Origin: Psammoneis japonica
Lineage: Eukaryota
Reading direction: 5' to 3'
DNA length: 64,000 nucleotides
NCBI GenBank assembly: GCA_008632985.1
Contig: QPGO01000028.1
Coordinates: 305,598-369,597 of the forward strand
The notes under the pieces were generated by a model. The model saw only the letters and a list, made by a program, of their open reading frames with translations, was not told the DNA's origin and made no database searches. The stretch's first letter is position 1. The number at the start of each line of letters is the position of its first letter. This document shows positions 47,801 to 60,846 of the stretch, piece by piece. The translations under genes were made by a program, and so were the position numbers.

Positions 47801-50800
47801 ACTGTTGATTCACCTCGCACGGAACATCGTGATTTACAGGCGAATTCTCCGAAACACGTTGCCACTTACCTGGAGACAATGGCACCCCTTCTACAAAGTC
47901 GAAACGTCAGGGAACGTACAGAATCATTGATGCAGCTCGAGATCTCCAACCACAAATTGGCAGAGAGACTTGATCGCGACATGCTGCAGTTCTCCTTGGC
48001 ATCCGCCAAATGTTGTCGCCGGTGCAAAGAGCCCGAATGGTCTGTCAAATTGGCCAACCTACGAAAACAGATCTTTGTGTTGTCCAGGATGATGTCAATG
48101 TTTTGCAACAAAGTGAATGTGGCACCTGCTGTTCTACGTGCCAAGTTTGATCTAAAGGACTCATTTGTTCTTCCAGTGACCTTACAGGAATGTGCTGCCG
48201 CGCTGCGAAAGGCTCAGACAGAATGTCGACAGGTGGCACGAGAGAGTCAGAAACATCGTGAAGCTGAAAGAGATGCACGCATCGCGGAACTCAAGCTAGA
48301 ATGTGCAAAACAGTCAATGGCAAAAGCTCGTTTGCTACGAAACCAACGCTGTGCTGAAGAAACCAAGCGAGTCTTTCAGAAAATCAACGCGTGTAAAGAG
48401 TCAGAAGATTCCAGCGTGCGAACTGTTCAGATCCCTGCGGATCCTCGAGATGATCCCAAGACATGCGAGAACTGGACAACGACAGATGCTCCAGAAGACG
48501 TTGAATCTGCCCTCCAGCATCGCAATCAATGCCATTTCGGACAGGCACATGGAACTCCTCCCACAGTCCCTCCCTTGTCAGTTGATCTCGGATGCGAAGG
48601 AGATGCTGCAATGGCCGAATTGATCTTAGACGGGGAACACGAAACGGACCACCTGAATCGGGCTACATCATTGCTGATGCAGCATCAACGACGACGCACA
48701 CCACCAGCAGTTCCCAACGCTCTTGCTCCAGAGGCTCTCCGGTCAAAGACAGCATTGTGGTCAGAATCTGCGTCTGCATCATTGAAATCTGGGATTCATT
48801 TGGGACACTGGAAAGCTGTGTACGCTCCCCATTCTCATGCATCCGATTGCGACAATGACAGGAATCCATCTGAGCAGAAAGAACTGCTGGATTCGGTCCA
48901 ACAGTCTCTCGTGGCAATGCGGCTCAACCTGATCAATTGTGTGCTGAAGTGGGGCCACTCGCATGAACGGTGGAAAGACATTGTTGACGTCATGATTTTC
49001 AAAGAACCAGGCAATGACAAGATTCGCCGGTTGCGTGTGATTCACATCTACGAGGCGGACTTCCAATTGATTGCAAGTGTCAAGTGGCAAGAGCCAGCTC
49101 AACATGTGGAACACCATCGCATGTACAACCCAGGGATCTGCGGATGCCGCTCATTCCTTTCTGCTCAAACACCAGTGTTTCTTGAAAATTTAATGATGGA
49201 GATTTCACGTGCATCCAGAAAAATGCTGCCAACCAGTGACGACGATTGCACTTCTTGCCATGACAGGAACATTCCAGCGATTGTCGGCCTGTGCGCAAAG
49301 AGCGATGGCATGCACAAACGAGTGGTCAAAGTCAATGTGGCGACGTCACACCATGCATGCTGCTGGTTGCGCACTCTGTTGGGACTCGCCCAGCGAAGTT
49401 ATTGTCATTCCTCCGATTGTCCTTTGTGCGGGACAGGACAGGGTGGCGGGAACTCTCCATGGCACTGGAATGCCCCATGCAGTGGATTGTTTGACATTTT
49501 TGATGCCGAGGCCATTGGCTCATACTTTGAAACCCCAGATGGACAGTTCCACATCCGAGTCTTCAACCGAGGTTACATTGACGACACTTCTGAGCAAGTG
49601 AATGATTTCAGAGCCAACCCCCAGCCTTCCACTTTTGAGTTGTCCCAGTCTCTACAATCGGACAACCAGTTGTGGTGTGACCTGCTGGATGCTGCCAGAC
49701 ACGAATTGGAGTTACCAAAATGTTCATTCCATGCCATTGAGTGGGATTTCATGGAGTGTGGCAAGCCGTGTGTCCGCCCCTGTCATGATGACATCGAAGT
49801 GGAAATTTTTTCTGCAGACCGGTCTGCTTCCAGGTGCAGCGAGCAATTGTCTGCATGCACACCTCACAAAACCCTGGGACACTACATGGCTCCTGCAGGA
49901 GCTCAGAAGACTCAACTGAAGAAGCTGCAACACAAGAGCAACACAGTCGCCTCATTTCTCCGGTCGTGTCCCTTGGACAGAAGAGAAACATGGCGGTGCT
50001 GCCAGCTTGTTGTTTATCTTCAATGACATGCGCACTGGCCAATTCAAACTTTCTCCCAAAAGAACTCCAACAAGTTCAACAAAAGGCTGTGCGGACAATG
50101 TTCGCTGAATGCGGACACAATGGGAACACCAAACGGGCGATTTTGTATGGACCGCAATCCCTCAGAGGAGGAGGTTTTCGATCACTCGACGTCAAGCAAG
50201 GAGTGGCCCAACTGCAACAATTGTTGAAGCACGCGAGAGGAGTCGAACACTTGCAACTCGGGGAGGATCAACCGCACAAACTTCTTCACATCGCCGCAGC
50301 GTGGATCCAACTGAATTTGGGAACTGGTGAGAGTTTTTTGTGGGACGTAGACACCGTGTTGCCTCACATGGAATCCCGATGGTTCGCGTCAGTTAGAGCA
50401 TTTTTGCATTGGATCAATGGTCATGTGTTCCCACTCCACAATGGGGTCCTTCCACTTCAAAGAGACAATGACCAGTGTTTGATGGACATTGCATTGCATT
50501 CCCAGTCCTTTGCTGCGCGAGAAATCCGGTGGACAAACCATCGTCGCTTGCACTTGAAAGTCTCATCAGTTTCCGACATTACTCTCTCGGATGGGATGAC
50601 ACTGGATGGGTCGAAAATGCAAGGTGATCCGTCCCTGCAAAGCAGCGTTAGCACCCTCAACAATGTCGAGCAGTGCAAGCCTTGTCCAAGAGCCTGGACC
50701 GTGTGGAAGAAATTTTGCTCAGCCCTGTGTCACCCAAAGTCACTGTGTTTAAAGGAACCTCTAGGAGATTGGCTGGCACCACCGTCCCAGATGAGAATGC

Positions 50801-53554
50801 AATCGACCGCACATTTTTCCCCATCTGAAGAACATTTGCATGTGCACACCTCATCAGGTTTTAACATTTTCCAAGCAAACGGGACAATCGCCGATTCTGC
50901 AAGGGAAATCGAGACTGTGCCGACCCCCTCCGATGCTTCACACCCGGCAGAGGTGTCTACAATCGAGGATGGTCGATGGCGATTCGAGATCCCGCATGCC
51001 TCATTAACCGACTCCCACTCTCCGACCTCTCCCGATTCCTTTCTAGTGCGTCTTCAAGGACTGGATGCATGGGAATCTACGCTGTTTGAAGACTTGGCAT
51101 TCCACATTTCTCCCCAAGCAGTTGTCCAACACTTTCTTTCGTCTGCTCTTGCCGCAGGCAGCGATGGGTCAGTCCAAGACGGGGCTGCCTTCGGGTGGAC
51201 TATCACCATAGACGGAGCACCACTGGTTGATTGTGCAGGGCCAGTTTTTGGCAAGACTCCGTCCTCATGCCGAGCAGAGGCTTGCGGCATTCTGTCAATT
51301 GCAAGATTCGTTTGCCGACTGTGCGAACACCACCGTGTTGCGGTTCCTTTGGATGCAGTCATTCATTGTGATGACAAAGCACTGGTGAACTGTTTGTCTA
51401 AATTAACGCCCACCCTTCCGGTGATTGATCCCGAGAATGATGCGCACGAGCAACACGATTTTCACATCTGCCATCACGGGGCCAACGCTGTCGCACCAGA
51501 CTGGGACATTTTGAATGAGATCCTCCACACCCAGCAAGCTCTGAAGCAGCTGTCGGATTCAGAAGACCTTGCCCTGCCTCCCGTGCGATGGGCAAAGGGA
51601 CACCAAGACAGGCAATCTCCAGCACACACACTGCCTTTAAATGCTAGAGTCAACATCCGAGCAGACAAATTGGCAGGAGCTCACCAAGGTCACTGTCTGC
51701 ATGACACGAATCAGGTCAAGCATCTGCCACATTGTCACTCGCACCCAGAGACAGACGGAGGTGCAATCACGACGAACTACAAGAAACACATTCGGTGCAC
51801 GGCTGCTGCTCCCCAATTGATGGAGTGTGTCATCGAACGGAAACCAATGGGATCCTTCAGTGGCAGATCAAATCAATTGGAACGCCCACGCAGTCTTGGT
51901 GAAGCGCCATTCACAGCAACACGTGAATGCGGTCAAACTGGTCCACGACTTGTCACCTGCCAACAGGATCACACACAGACACAATCCAGTCCGACCACAC
52001 CAGTGCATCACATGTGATCATCCGATGGAGGACAGGGACCACATCCTTTGATGTCCCAACAATGAACAGTGGCAAAGGAAGTTCCTACAAGGCCTGCGAC
52101 GTTGCTGCGACAAGATGGATGCTGTGCCCACTCTCCACGACTTTCTGCTGGAAATGCTTCAAGCCTGGTTTAACGACAAAATGGCGCATCTCGACAACGT
52201 GGATTGCCGATGCAAGGCACTGTGGAGAGCTCAATCTGATGTCGGATGGCGACAGGTGTTTCAACGGCAGATGCTCGTTCATGTAGAATCTTTTACAAGC
52301 TGGACACACGGCAACATCAGGAAGAAAACAAACAGCCTCCGGGTTGGACAGTCCAGATGGGGTCTCACTCATGGAGAAGCTGGTGGGAACTTTGGGAAGA
52401 GCATGATGAGTTGGTGCATGGGCACGATGTCGATTCTCGGAAATCATCACAATGGAGAAAGGTGGAAGCTGAACTGATGGCGACACACAACAAACGACAA
52501 GAGCATTTGGCCAAAGACAGAGGCGCATTGTTGGACTCAGTCGAAGAACACCGATCATTTGCTGCAACAAGGATTCAAAACTGGATCTCTGTGGTCCGCC
52601 CAAGACTTAAAGAAAGCCCGAAAGAAGCCAAGCAACTAGCAAAAAGCGGCACTTGCACCATTTTCAGCTGTTTCCGTCGGGCGCCCTCCACTGGGGGCGC
52701 CGAATCCGGCCAATTGCACCACATTTCTGCCACATCCTCCACAGGGTGCACTGGAAGTGTGGGTCAGCCGGCGCCAGAGTTGCTGGGCAAAGGTGCAATG
52801 GCACTTAAAATTGGGGTTTGGTTTTTTTTTGTCACCAGCATCCTCTGTTTCCTCAACAAGTTTCCAGCTGATTGGTTCCCCAAGAAACAAGCAACAGTTG
52901 AGACCACTGCGTGTGGATCCGAGTTTGTTGCCGCAAGGACGTGCATTGAGCAGATCATTGATCTGTGCATCACTTTACGTTGCCTTGGCATTCCCATTCG
53001 TGAAACATGTCACATGTTTGGGGACAACAAGTCGGTTGTGGACAGTGCCACCATCCCACACTCCAAGTTGCGTGAGCGACACACCGCCCTCTCGTTCCAT
53101 CGTGCACATGAGGCGATTGCCTCTGGTTTCCTTGAGTTTCATTTTGTCGAAGGCTCCCGCAACCCAGCTGACATCCTCAGCAAGCATTGGGGTTGCTCCC
53201 AAATCTAGAACCTCCTTCGTCCTCTAATGTTTTGGAACTTCGATCCCGAGGCTTTCAACCAATCCGACTTCAAATCCATCACTGTTGACCCCTCAAGCAA
53301 ACTGGGGAGTGGCAGGATTTGAGCAAGATTTTAGTTTGTCACACACAATTATGTGTGCTCTCAGTTCCGCACACGTCACGCGATGCAGTTTGCTTTCAAG
53401 CCACTCAGCTCACAAGAATGACAACAGCAGCACCGACATCATGACACCAGTCTTTCGGTTCCTGTGATGGTCTCTACACGGAGACTCATCTGCCATTTAG
53501 ACAGCAGCAAGGAGTCATTGTTTTCTTCCACCCAGTCATCTTCATTTTCTGTCA
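38834..53554 (+). mobile_element. Full-length Ty1/Copia retrotransposon, family B (CoDi-like), interrupted by a LINE
   Basis: 245-bp LTRs 38834-39078 and 53310-53554, perfect TSD ACTGT, PPT GGGGAG. Gag from 39893; integrase ADTVHSD...LISDRAQ...SEPHHQHQNFAER; RT VHLVYDVKHDGRHKARLV, DIGNAHL, KALYGLRSSG, VHVDDL; RNase H GSEF, GDNKSV, NPADILSKHWG. Confidence 0.95.
45001..52830 (+). mobile_element. Non-LTR retrotransposon (LINE) with ORF1 and an APE-RT-RNase H-zinc finger ORF2 (resembles diatom Ambal-type), degenerate
   Basis: ~20-bp TSD GTCACCGGCATCCTCTGCTT (44981-45000) / GTCACCAGCATCCTCTGTTT (52831-52850). ORF1 ATG 45072. APE motifs NANG, ISET, GDF, RLDC, SDHR. RT KEPG...LRVIHIYEADF, GTGQG, GYIDD. 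RNase H SDGS, RAE, CD, KGHQD, N..AD.LA. C-terminal CxxC...H...C. Confidence 0.9.
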
Positions 53555-55464
53555 ACTGTCACTTCCACTTGCATTGGATCTCATCATTTTAACAAAGCTG
53601 CAAATCAAATGAGCCAACACCATGGTGACACCCAAAGCCAGCTGAGGAGTGCCGGTGCTCTGGTGTCAAGTTCCCCCCCCCCGCTGCCACAGCAGACCTG
53701 TCAGCATGCTGCACATTTCCACCAATGCTTGCAGGCACTTTGTTCCCAGCCACTTTTGCCAACCAGCAGAGAATCTCTTTGAGCCAAGGGCATGACCCCA
53801 TTCTCTGCCATTTGCTTGAGTGCTCATTTCAAAAAGTGCCAAAGCCACTCCAGATTTTTGTTGGCTTGCACTGTTGCAGTGTGCAGCACAAACATGTTGG
53901 CCACCAGATCTTCCTGCACTCATTCACAACACTCCTCAGCATGCACAAAGACTGCAATCTTGTTTGCATTGTAGAGTGTCAGAGAAAAACCAGCAGCCAT
54001 CAGATTCAAATGAGTGACACCTCAGTGACACCCTCCAGTGGGCGGACCATGAGTTTCTAGAGCTGTCTCACAACACAACAACAGAGCATTGTTGTGGTGA
54101 TCTGCCATGACATGAACAGCCTTGTCAATCTCTCACATGCAGCAACAACAATTTGAGTTGGGGCCCTTCTTCCAAAATGTGGGCAGTGACCAGGAGCAGA
54201 GCTCATGAGTGCAAAAATCTTGCTCTGCAAAAGTGAGCCCAAACTGTTGTTGATGGACTTCACTTTGTGCAGGCCACAATTGTCAAGGTGGTGAAGCAGG
54301 TGCAGAGGAGGGTTGATGCTTCTGTCAAACTCAAGTCCTGTTAGAACAAAAAACACCACGCACTCAATTTTGGCAAATTGACTGAGCCAGTTGGGCTGCA
54401 ATGACCCACCAGTCATGGGAACACCCGGGAAAGCCACTTTCCAATCTTCTTCCAACAGTTTCCCAACTTTTGCCAAGCGAGGTGTGCAGCACTTGGTGCT
54501 GGCATCAAATTGGGGGAGAGAGACTCCACTCTCTCTTTGTTTGCCATTGTGGTCACTGCCAGAGGAGTCAACTGTCACACTGCAGTTGATTTGCTGCAAT
54601 CTCGCAAGTCACCCAGCTCAACTCCATGTGGGTGGGCACCAATGTTCTCCAACAACTTGACATCTGCACCCAGACAAGTGGCCTCAAAGCAGTGCCATGG
54701 CTCATTGACAAATCATGCTGTGACATGCTTTTGTGCTTGCCAGTGAGAGCCCATGATCACCAAAGCCAAATTTGCTTTGGCTCCTTGGCCCTTCATTGTG
54801 GGCAACTGTTCTTGTGCACAAAGGAAGCTGGTTTTCCTGAACAGATGAGATTCAAAAATTATCTGCCAGTGCAAACAAAACATCTCCGCACTGCAATCAG
54901 TGCAAGTGTCAAAACAGTGTTTCCATCACAGCTTCATTGCTGGCAGGAACAAGCTCTGCATTTGGCAGAAAATGCCCCTCCAATGAAGCCCAGCTCTGCT
55001 CTCTGCCTGCAGGTGTGTGATGATGCCTCCCAAGTTGAGCATTGTCTCTCCAAACATTGTCATTGCTGGCCACACAATGTTGTCAGGTTTGTGGTCTGTT
55101 GTGCCATTGTCATTTGTTTTGTTTCACTCTTGCCTGGCAGATGCAGTGTGCCATTCCTTGGTGCAACAGAAATGACAAGCACATTGTGAATGTGGGTTCC
55201 ATTCCTTTGGTTTCAGCTGTGCTGGCAGAAAACCCAAATGAAAACAACATTTCCTCACACACTGCCCCGTTGACCCTGGTTGTTGTGCACATGGCAGGAA
55301 GGTGCTGTTGCCACATCATTGAGCAAGACTTGTTGAGAAGCTGTGTGGCCTGGAAGATTGCCACAGAGCCAAGGGATTTCCTCTCTCCACAAACCAAGGC
55401 ATTTGTGGAGGAGTTGACTTCATGAGAACAGTTTGAGAAAAAGATGCCGCCAGCCAGAGTCTCA

Positions 55465-55800
55465 CAATTCATTGAAGTTTGCATCAAAAAGTGGCTCGCC
55501 ATTTTGAGTGGAAAGCTGTGTCATGGCACCACTGCTCCAAACACATCGGCATGCTTGGAGACAGGATGGCATTGAACTTCATGCTCAGCACCTCCCAGTT
55601 CTTGAACCGCCATTCATTGCACCCCTCCTGTCTGGCATGAGCAAGCCTCTGCAAAATCTTCTGGGTTCTTGACAAAACTGCCAGGGCACTTTGCACAGAT
55701 GGGCAACTCACCCACACACCCATCATCAGTTTCCATGTGTTTGCCCTCATCACGTTCTATTTTCAATGCCACCAGCAGGGAGCAGTGATTCCACAAAGTT
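55465..55800 (-). mobile_element. DDE_Tnp_4-like (Harbinger/ISL2EU-type) transposase C-terminal relic
   Basis: ETDDGCVGE.P..KCP, ARQEGCNE.RFKNWEVL and QNGEPLF fragments across frames. Confidence 0.55.
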
Positions 55801-56188
55801 TCCAGGTTTCCCGCAAATCCAAAGTTGCACACCCGGGTGTTTTGTCAAAAATGTGTGGTGCAACAATTGTGCCCCTGTCATTGTGCAACAGAAAATGTGT
55901 GAAAAAATGTCATTTTCACAAGCTCTTTGTGCAGAGACATGCCAGGTCATGCCATTTTTCCATTGGTCTGCAATTTGTGTCTTGCTTGTTTGGTGGCCAT
56001 CTCACAAAAACCAGAGTGCTGCGGCTCCAAATGATCACAACAACAGCAGCCCATGACAAGTGCCATGAGCAATGCTGGGGCCACTTGTTGGACAAAAGAT
56101 CATGTCAAAAAGCTTGCACAACTTGTCAAAGATTGCAAGCTTGTTGCTTCATGACATGGCACACATCAAAAAAGCATGTGACAAGCAC

Positions 56189-56588
56189 GTGACGCGTTCC
56201 AGCCCTAGGTGGGAGCTCGTAGTACTGACGTGTGACACAAATAATTTTTATCATCCGTCGTATGTTTCGCACGTACATTTCCACGTGTGATATTTAAAAA
56301 AAAATGTCCAGACTTGCTGTTTTGCGAAGCCCCAGACGTTTTACATGACGCATTTATAGAAACAATAATGCGCCAGTTACATTCTTCAATGTCTGAAGAA
56401 TGTAACTGGCTAAGTAAAAATCGATGTACTTCAATCATGTGCGAGTTTGTGCGTTCGCAAAATTGCCTCATTTTCTGTTGGCGAACATTGACATTCTAAT
56501 TACCGTATAATTTTACTACGGAGCTCGCACGTAGAATTCTGCGGGCCCAATGTCACACGGATTCCCACCTACGTCTGGAACGCGTCAC
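56189..56588. mobile_element. Young MITE-like element
   Basis: Inverted termini GTGACGCGTTCCAG.C.TAGGTGGGA / TCCCACCTACGTCTGGAACGCGTCAC. Rich in TpA and CpG, unlike its flanks. Confidence 0.75.
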
Positions 56589-58714
56589 TTCAGCAAAATT
56601 CCGAAGTTTCAAACTTTCACACAAACTTGCCGCAAGAAGTGTTGGCAGTGGGAAATTGACCAAATCCTTTGAGGCAATTGGAGTGGCAAGAAAAAGCACA
56701 TTTGTGCCCACTGTTCTGTTGTTTTGTTCATCTTGTGCTCACACCATCATCTTTCCACTTTGACTTGCATGACTCAGGTGCCAAGCAAAATGCCGAGGAC
56801 ATTGTGGCAGACACACAAGAGATGCTGAGTTGAACAAAGATGAGGAGCATGACTGCAAATCCTCAGAAAACAAAGAAGAGTGCTTCTCCAGCAACAAGGA
56901 AGCTGCCACCAGCATGCCGGGCAAGACCAAGACAATGCAAGATGTGGGTGGTGACTTTGCATCAAAGCTCAAGTCATCTGCCACAATTTCATTGTCTGGC
57001 AAGACAAAGTCAAGGAATGACAAGAAGGCAGGTGCTCTTCATTGTTGCCACAGGTGGCATCCAACAAGCACATGTGCATTGCTGTGGATGTCCTTGTGCC
57101 ACCTTTTGCCACATCACACTGGATTGAATCTGAAGGTGTCTGAACACTGGTTGTGGGGCAAAGGTCACAAACAATGAGCACATCTCCAGTTGGACATTTG
57201 AGAAGGGTCATTTGTGTGACTCTGTTCTTGCTTCTGAGCTGCCTTTGGATGACCAAGTTCTGAAGGAAAGCAAAACCAAGCAAGCTGGGCAAGAGCTGCT
57301 CAAGTCCCAACAAGGCATTGAAGAGACCATTGGCAACGGCAAAGGCTCGTGGTTGCCCACACACTGCTTGCCTCCCATTCCCCTGCAAGACTGATTTTTG
57401 TTCTGCTGGCAGCAAGGCTGGCTGGAAGTGCTCAATGTGTTCATTCATGACAACAAAGAGCTTGTGGAGCAAGTGCAAGGGTGCACACACTCCTTTCCAT
57501 TCAGCTCAGTGTGGCAGTGGAGAGGCCTTCAGAAGAAGGCCATGCGGCTGAAAAATCAAATTTCTTGGCCAGTCTCCTCTGGATGCTGCAACTGCCAAGA
57601 AGGAAACAAGAGGGAGCATCACAAGGCAAGCTGTGAATGCTTGGTGGTGGCAGCGGAGGGACTCAGCTCACGCGACGACATCGCTTTGAACTCTGAGGAA
57701 TGCGCGAGTGAGGGCAAACTCAAAGACGACAAAATGAGCACTTTCAAAGTCACAGCAGTTGTTCTGTTCAGGTGGCAAAACAGCACAGTTTGCACTCTCT
57801 GGTCTCACACTCACAGATGCAAGTCGGCTCGGATGTGTGCTGGCATTTCATGTTGTCATCACATTCCAGCAATGCACACATTCGAATTGTTTTCATGCCG
57901 ACATCAGACCGCACGGCACATGTGCATTGTGTTCTGGCACATTTCTGCAAGATTTCTGTCCGTTTTTTGCCACAATCCGCGATTTCCCACAGAGCCTGTG
58001 CCGCGCAGAGCCAGTGGGAACTTCATCTGGAAACTGGTGCCGTGCGCAGCGGTTCTGTCTGGACTTTGTCAGGGCACTGCAAAAAACACTTTTTGGAAAA
58101 CATAAAAAAAAAACGCACACCATGACAAGCGCCATCGACGCGTCATCTTGCAGCTCCACTGAAATGACGCTTGCGGCTCTCACACATGATGCACACAATC
58201 TGAGAGTGTTCAAGTGACTGTTGAACTTCCAAGATTGTTGAGAGATGGCACCGTCATCCAATTGTGCGCAGTTGAATGGGGTCACCGATGCAATGCACCA
58301 AATGCTGTTCCATCGTACAATTGGACCGAAGAGAGGCAAATGATGCTGATTGATGCTGCAAACAGCTTGTCAATCGTCACTGCACTCAAGTTGGAATGTG
58401 ATGGAGGCGCAACACCACACCACACAGCTGGTCATGACACGAGTTGGCGCACCGTTTTCAAGAAGGTTCAAAGTTTTGTTGAGATGGATGCCACCGAGCA
58501 GAAGCTGGAGAAAAAACGCTAGAGCAAGATGCCGCGATGGGAGAAAAACACACATGAGCAACGACTTCGCATTTTGATGGATCAAAAGGCTGCAATTGAA
58601 ACCAAGCTTGCTCCAGTTGACAACAGAGCTGCGGCATTGCCGCGAGCAGTTTCACCCATGCTGGACACTGCTGCGGAACAAACCGCGCGTGTTGCAGGAA
58701 GTGGTGTGGACTGA

Positions 58715-60846
58715 TGTGAGAACATGCATGTGTTCATGCATCAGTGTGCCATCAAGTCCTGTGTGTGACAATGGCCGCTCAGAAACCGCCATCAACCACC
58801 ATCAACGACTCACCCAATCACAGCTCGAGAAATGAATGAGATCGGAGGTCTTGGGTTTAAATCGAGAATTGAGCCTCACTTCTTCTTTTCTTTTGTGCAA
58901 TCAAGAACTTCTCGTTCCTGCTGAGTCTTTTCACTGCGTTCATCTGTGTTGAGTTTGGTGCAAACACGGGTCACTTCTCGTTCTTTACAAATTCTTGTTG
59001 GTTGTCGAGTGGAGCAGTTTTGTTCTCACAATTTAGCGACTGGTCAATTTGCACCTCCTAAATTGTCCATTGTTGCTGTTTCTATCTCTACAGCGTAAAC
59101 TGCCGCATGCCCACACGCTTCCTCTGCACTGTGGAGACCTGACTTGGTTCAAAATTGTTGCAGAAACCAGAGCCCAATGTCGTGGACACCGAAACGATGA
59201 CATCATGAACGCCGAACAGATCGCAGCCGCGATTGCTGCAGCCATTCCGGCCACCATCCAACCTCTCATTGACGCCCAGAACAACCCTCCAGCTGGCAAC
59301 TTCGCTCGCTCACCAGCCTCAGCCCATGATGCACTGCTTGACTGCAGTCGCCGAGGCGATGCCGACGCATCCAAGACAGCCACTGAACCTCTTCCGACCA
59401 CGTTCAACACCCAGAAGCCTGACATCCGTGCATTGCTCAATGAACTTCGTACAAGGTCCGAAGCTTTTGGTTGGAACAACATCCCAATGATCAACGTCAA
59501 TGAGGGAGCAGCTGATGCCGCTGCTGAAAACCGGAACATGCTCACATCCTACGGAAGCATCACACCGGAACAGATCTGCACGGTGTCCGCCACCTGCACA
59601 AACGGGCAGAATCGCGAAACCCAGAACAACTGTCAGCCATGCCAGTGCCTTCACAACTTGGTGGATGAAGCTGCCAAGCAAGTTGTGGCCAACGAATCCG
59701 AGCAGTGTCGCGTCGGAGACACGGATTGCGGGGCATTGTACCTCAAAATCCCACTCTCGAAGGCCGAGATTGACACTCGCACTGCAGCCTCCCACATCCG
59801 CTCCGAGCTTGCATCCTTGGACAAGCACATGGTCGACACAGCCAACCATGACATCAAGGCATTCAACGAGCACGTGAGGGACCGGATTAAATCCCTGTCA
59901 AGCCGAGGAGAGACGTCCAACAATCTCATCACGAACCCATTCAAGGGACATGCAGCGTGCATGGACAAGAACTTCACCAAGCACATGGAGAAAATCAACG
60001 ACGACTGCGACGATGGAGTCGACATTGCCCATGAGCAACTCATGATTCGCGCCAAGAAGAAATGTCAAGCTCTCGTCCTCAACAAAAAGTGGAGCGAACC
60101 AACCGAGGAACAAGCGCAAATTGTCGCTCTTTGCGCCAAAGTCAACGACCTCCGGAACCAACGCTCGCACAGGTCACCCCAGCAGTCATCGGGCCAGAAA
60201 CCTTCCAACGCCAGCCAGGCCAAGAAGTCCTCAAATGCCACCAAACGCAAGAAAGGTGAAAAACCGAAATTCAAAGGAAAATGGACTTGGCGCGACGTCA
60301 AACCTCAGCCCGGAGAACCCAAGGTGAAGACCTTTGAGGGAGAAGAATGGAAGTGTTGCAACTTCCACAAGTGATGGGGACAGCACTTGAGCAAGGACTG
60401 CCGTGCAAAGCAGAAAGCTGACAACCGGAACTCCGGCAACCCAAACCAGCTGACGTCCGACGGCTCTCACCGCTTCCATGGCGAACATCGGCATCAATGA
60501 CGTGACGGGACAGGCCCAAGACGAATGAAGGTGGCGGTCAGGTTTGGAGATGATCTGCACCATGTTGCTTGTTGCACTGTTTGTGATCTTGGCTTGCACT
60601 GATGAAATTGTGGACACCACTCTGATGAAAGTAATTCCCATCGCAGCCAACGTGATTGGCAGTGCATGTGATCTGCTGTGCTCCTTGTCTGACTTAGCCA
60701 AGCCCCTCTGCTTCAACCTCGAACCCAAGCCCAGAGTCCGAAGACCCCAGAGTCGGTGCAAGCGAGGCTCCACTTGCCGCCAATGACATGTCCGACGCAA
60801 ACGTGGAGCATGTGTCATGCACAAAGTCGTCGAGGTCCATGTGACC
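58715..60846 (+). mobile_element. Copia family C 5' part: candidate LTR (58715-59030) and gag
   Basis: TGTGAGAACA...TGTTCTCACA inverted ends. Gag-like ORF from 59205 (FARSPA..LLDC, FGW, QNNCQ, IDTR, SRGET, FKGH, W..P..GEPK.K...KCC.FH.W..H...C). Interrupted by the Gypsy LTR. Confidence 0.7.

Noticed and set aside
38834..53554. ADAR-type RNA editing fixed by reverse transcription
   Set aside because: That would be strand-biased and leave the two LTRs identical. Here both strands are hit, LTRs differ, and DNA transposons and an intron-bearing pseudogene are affected.
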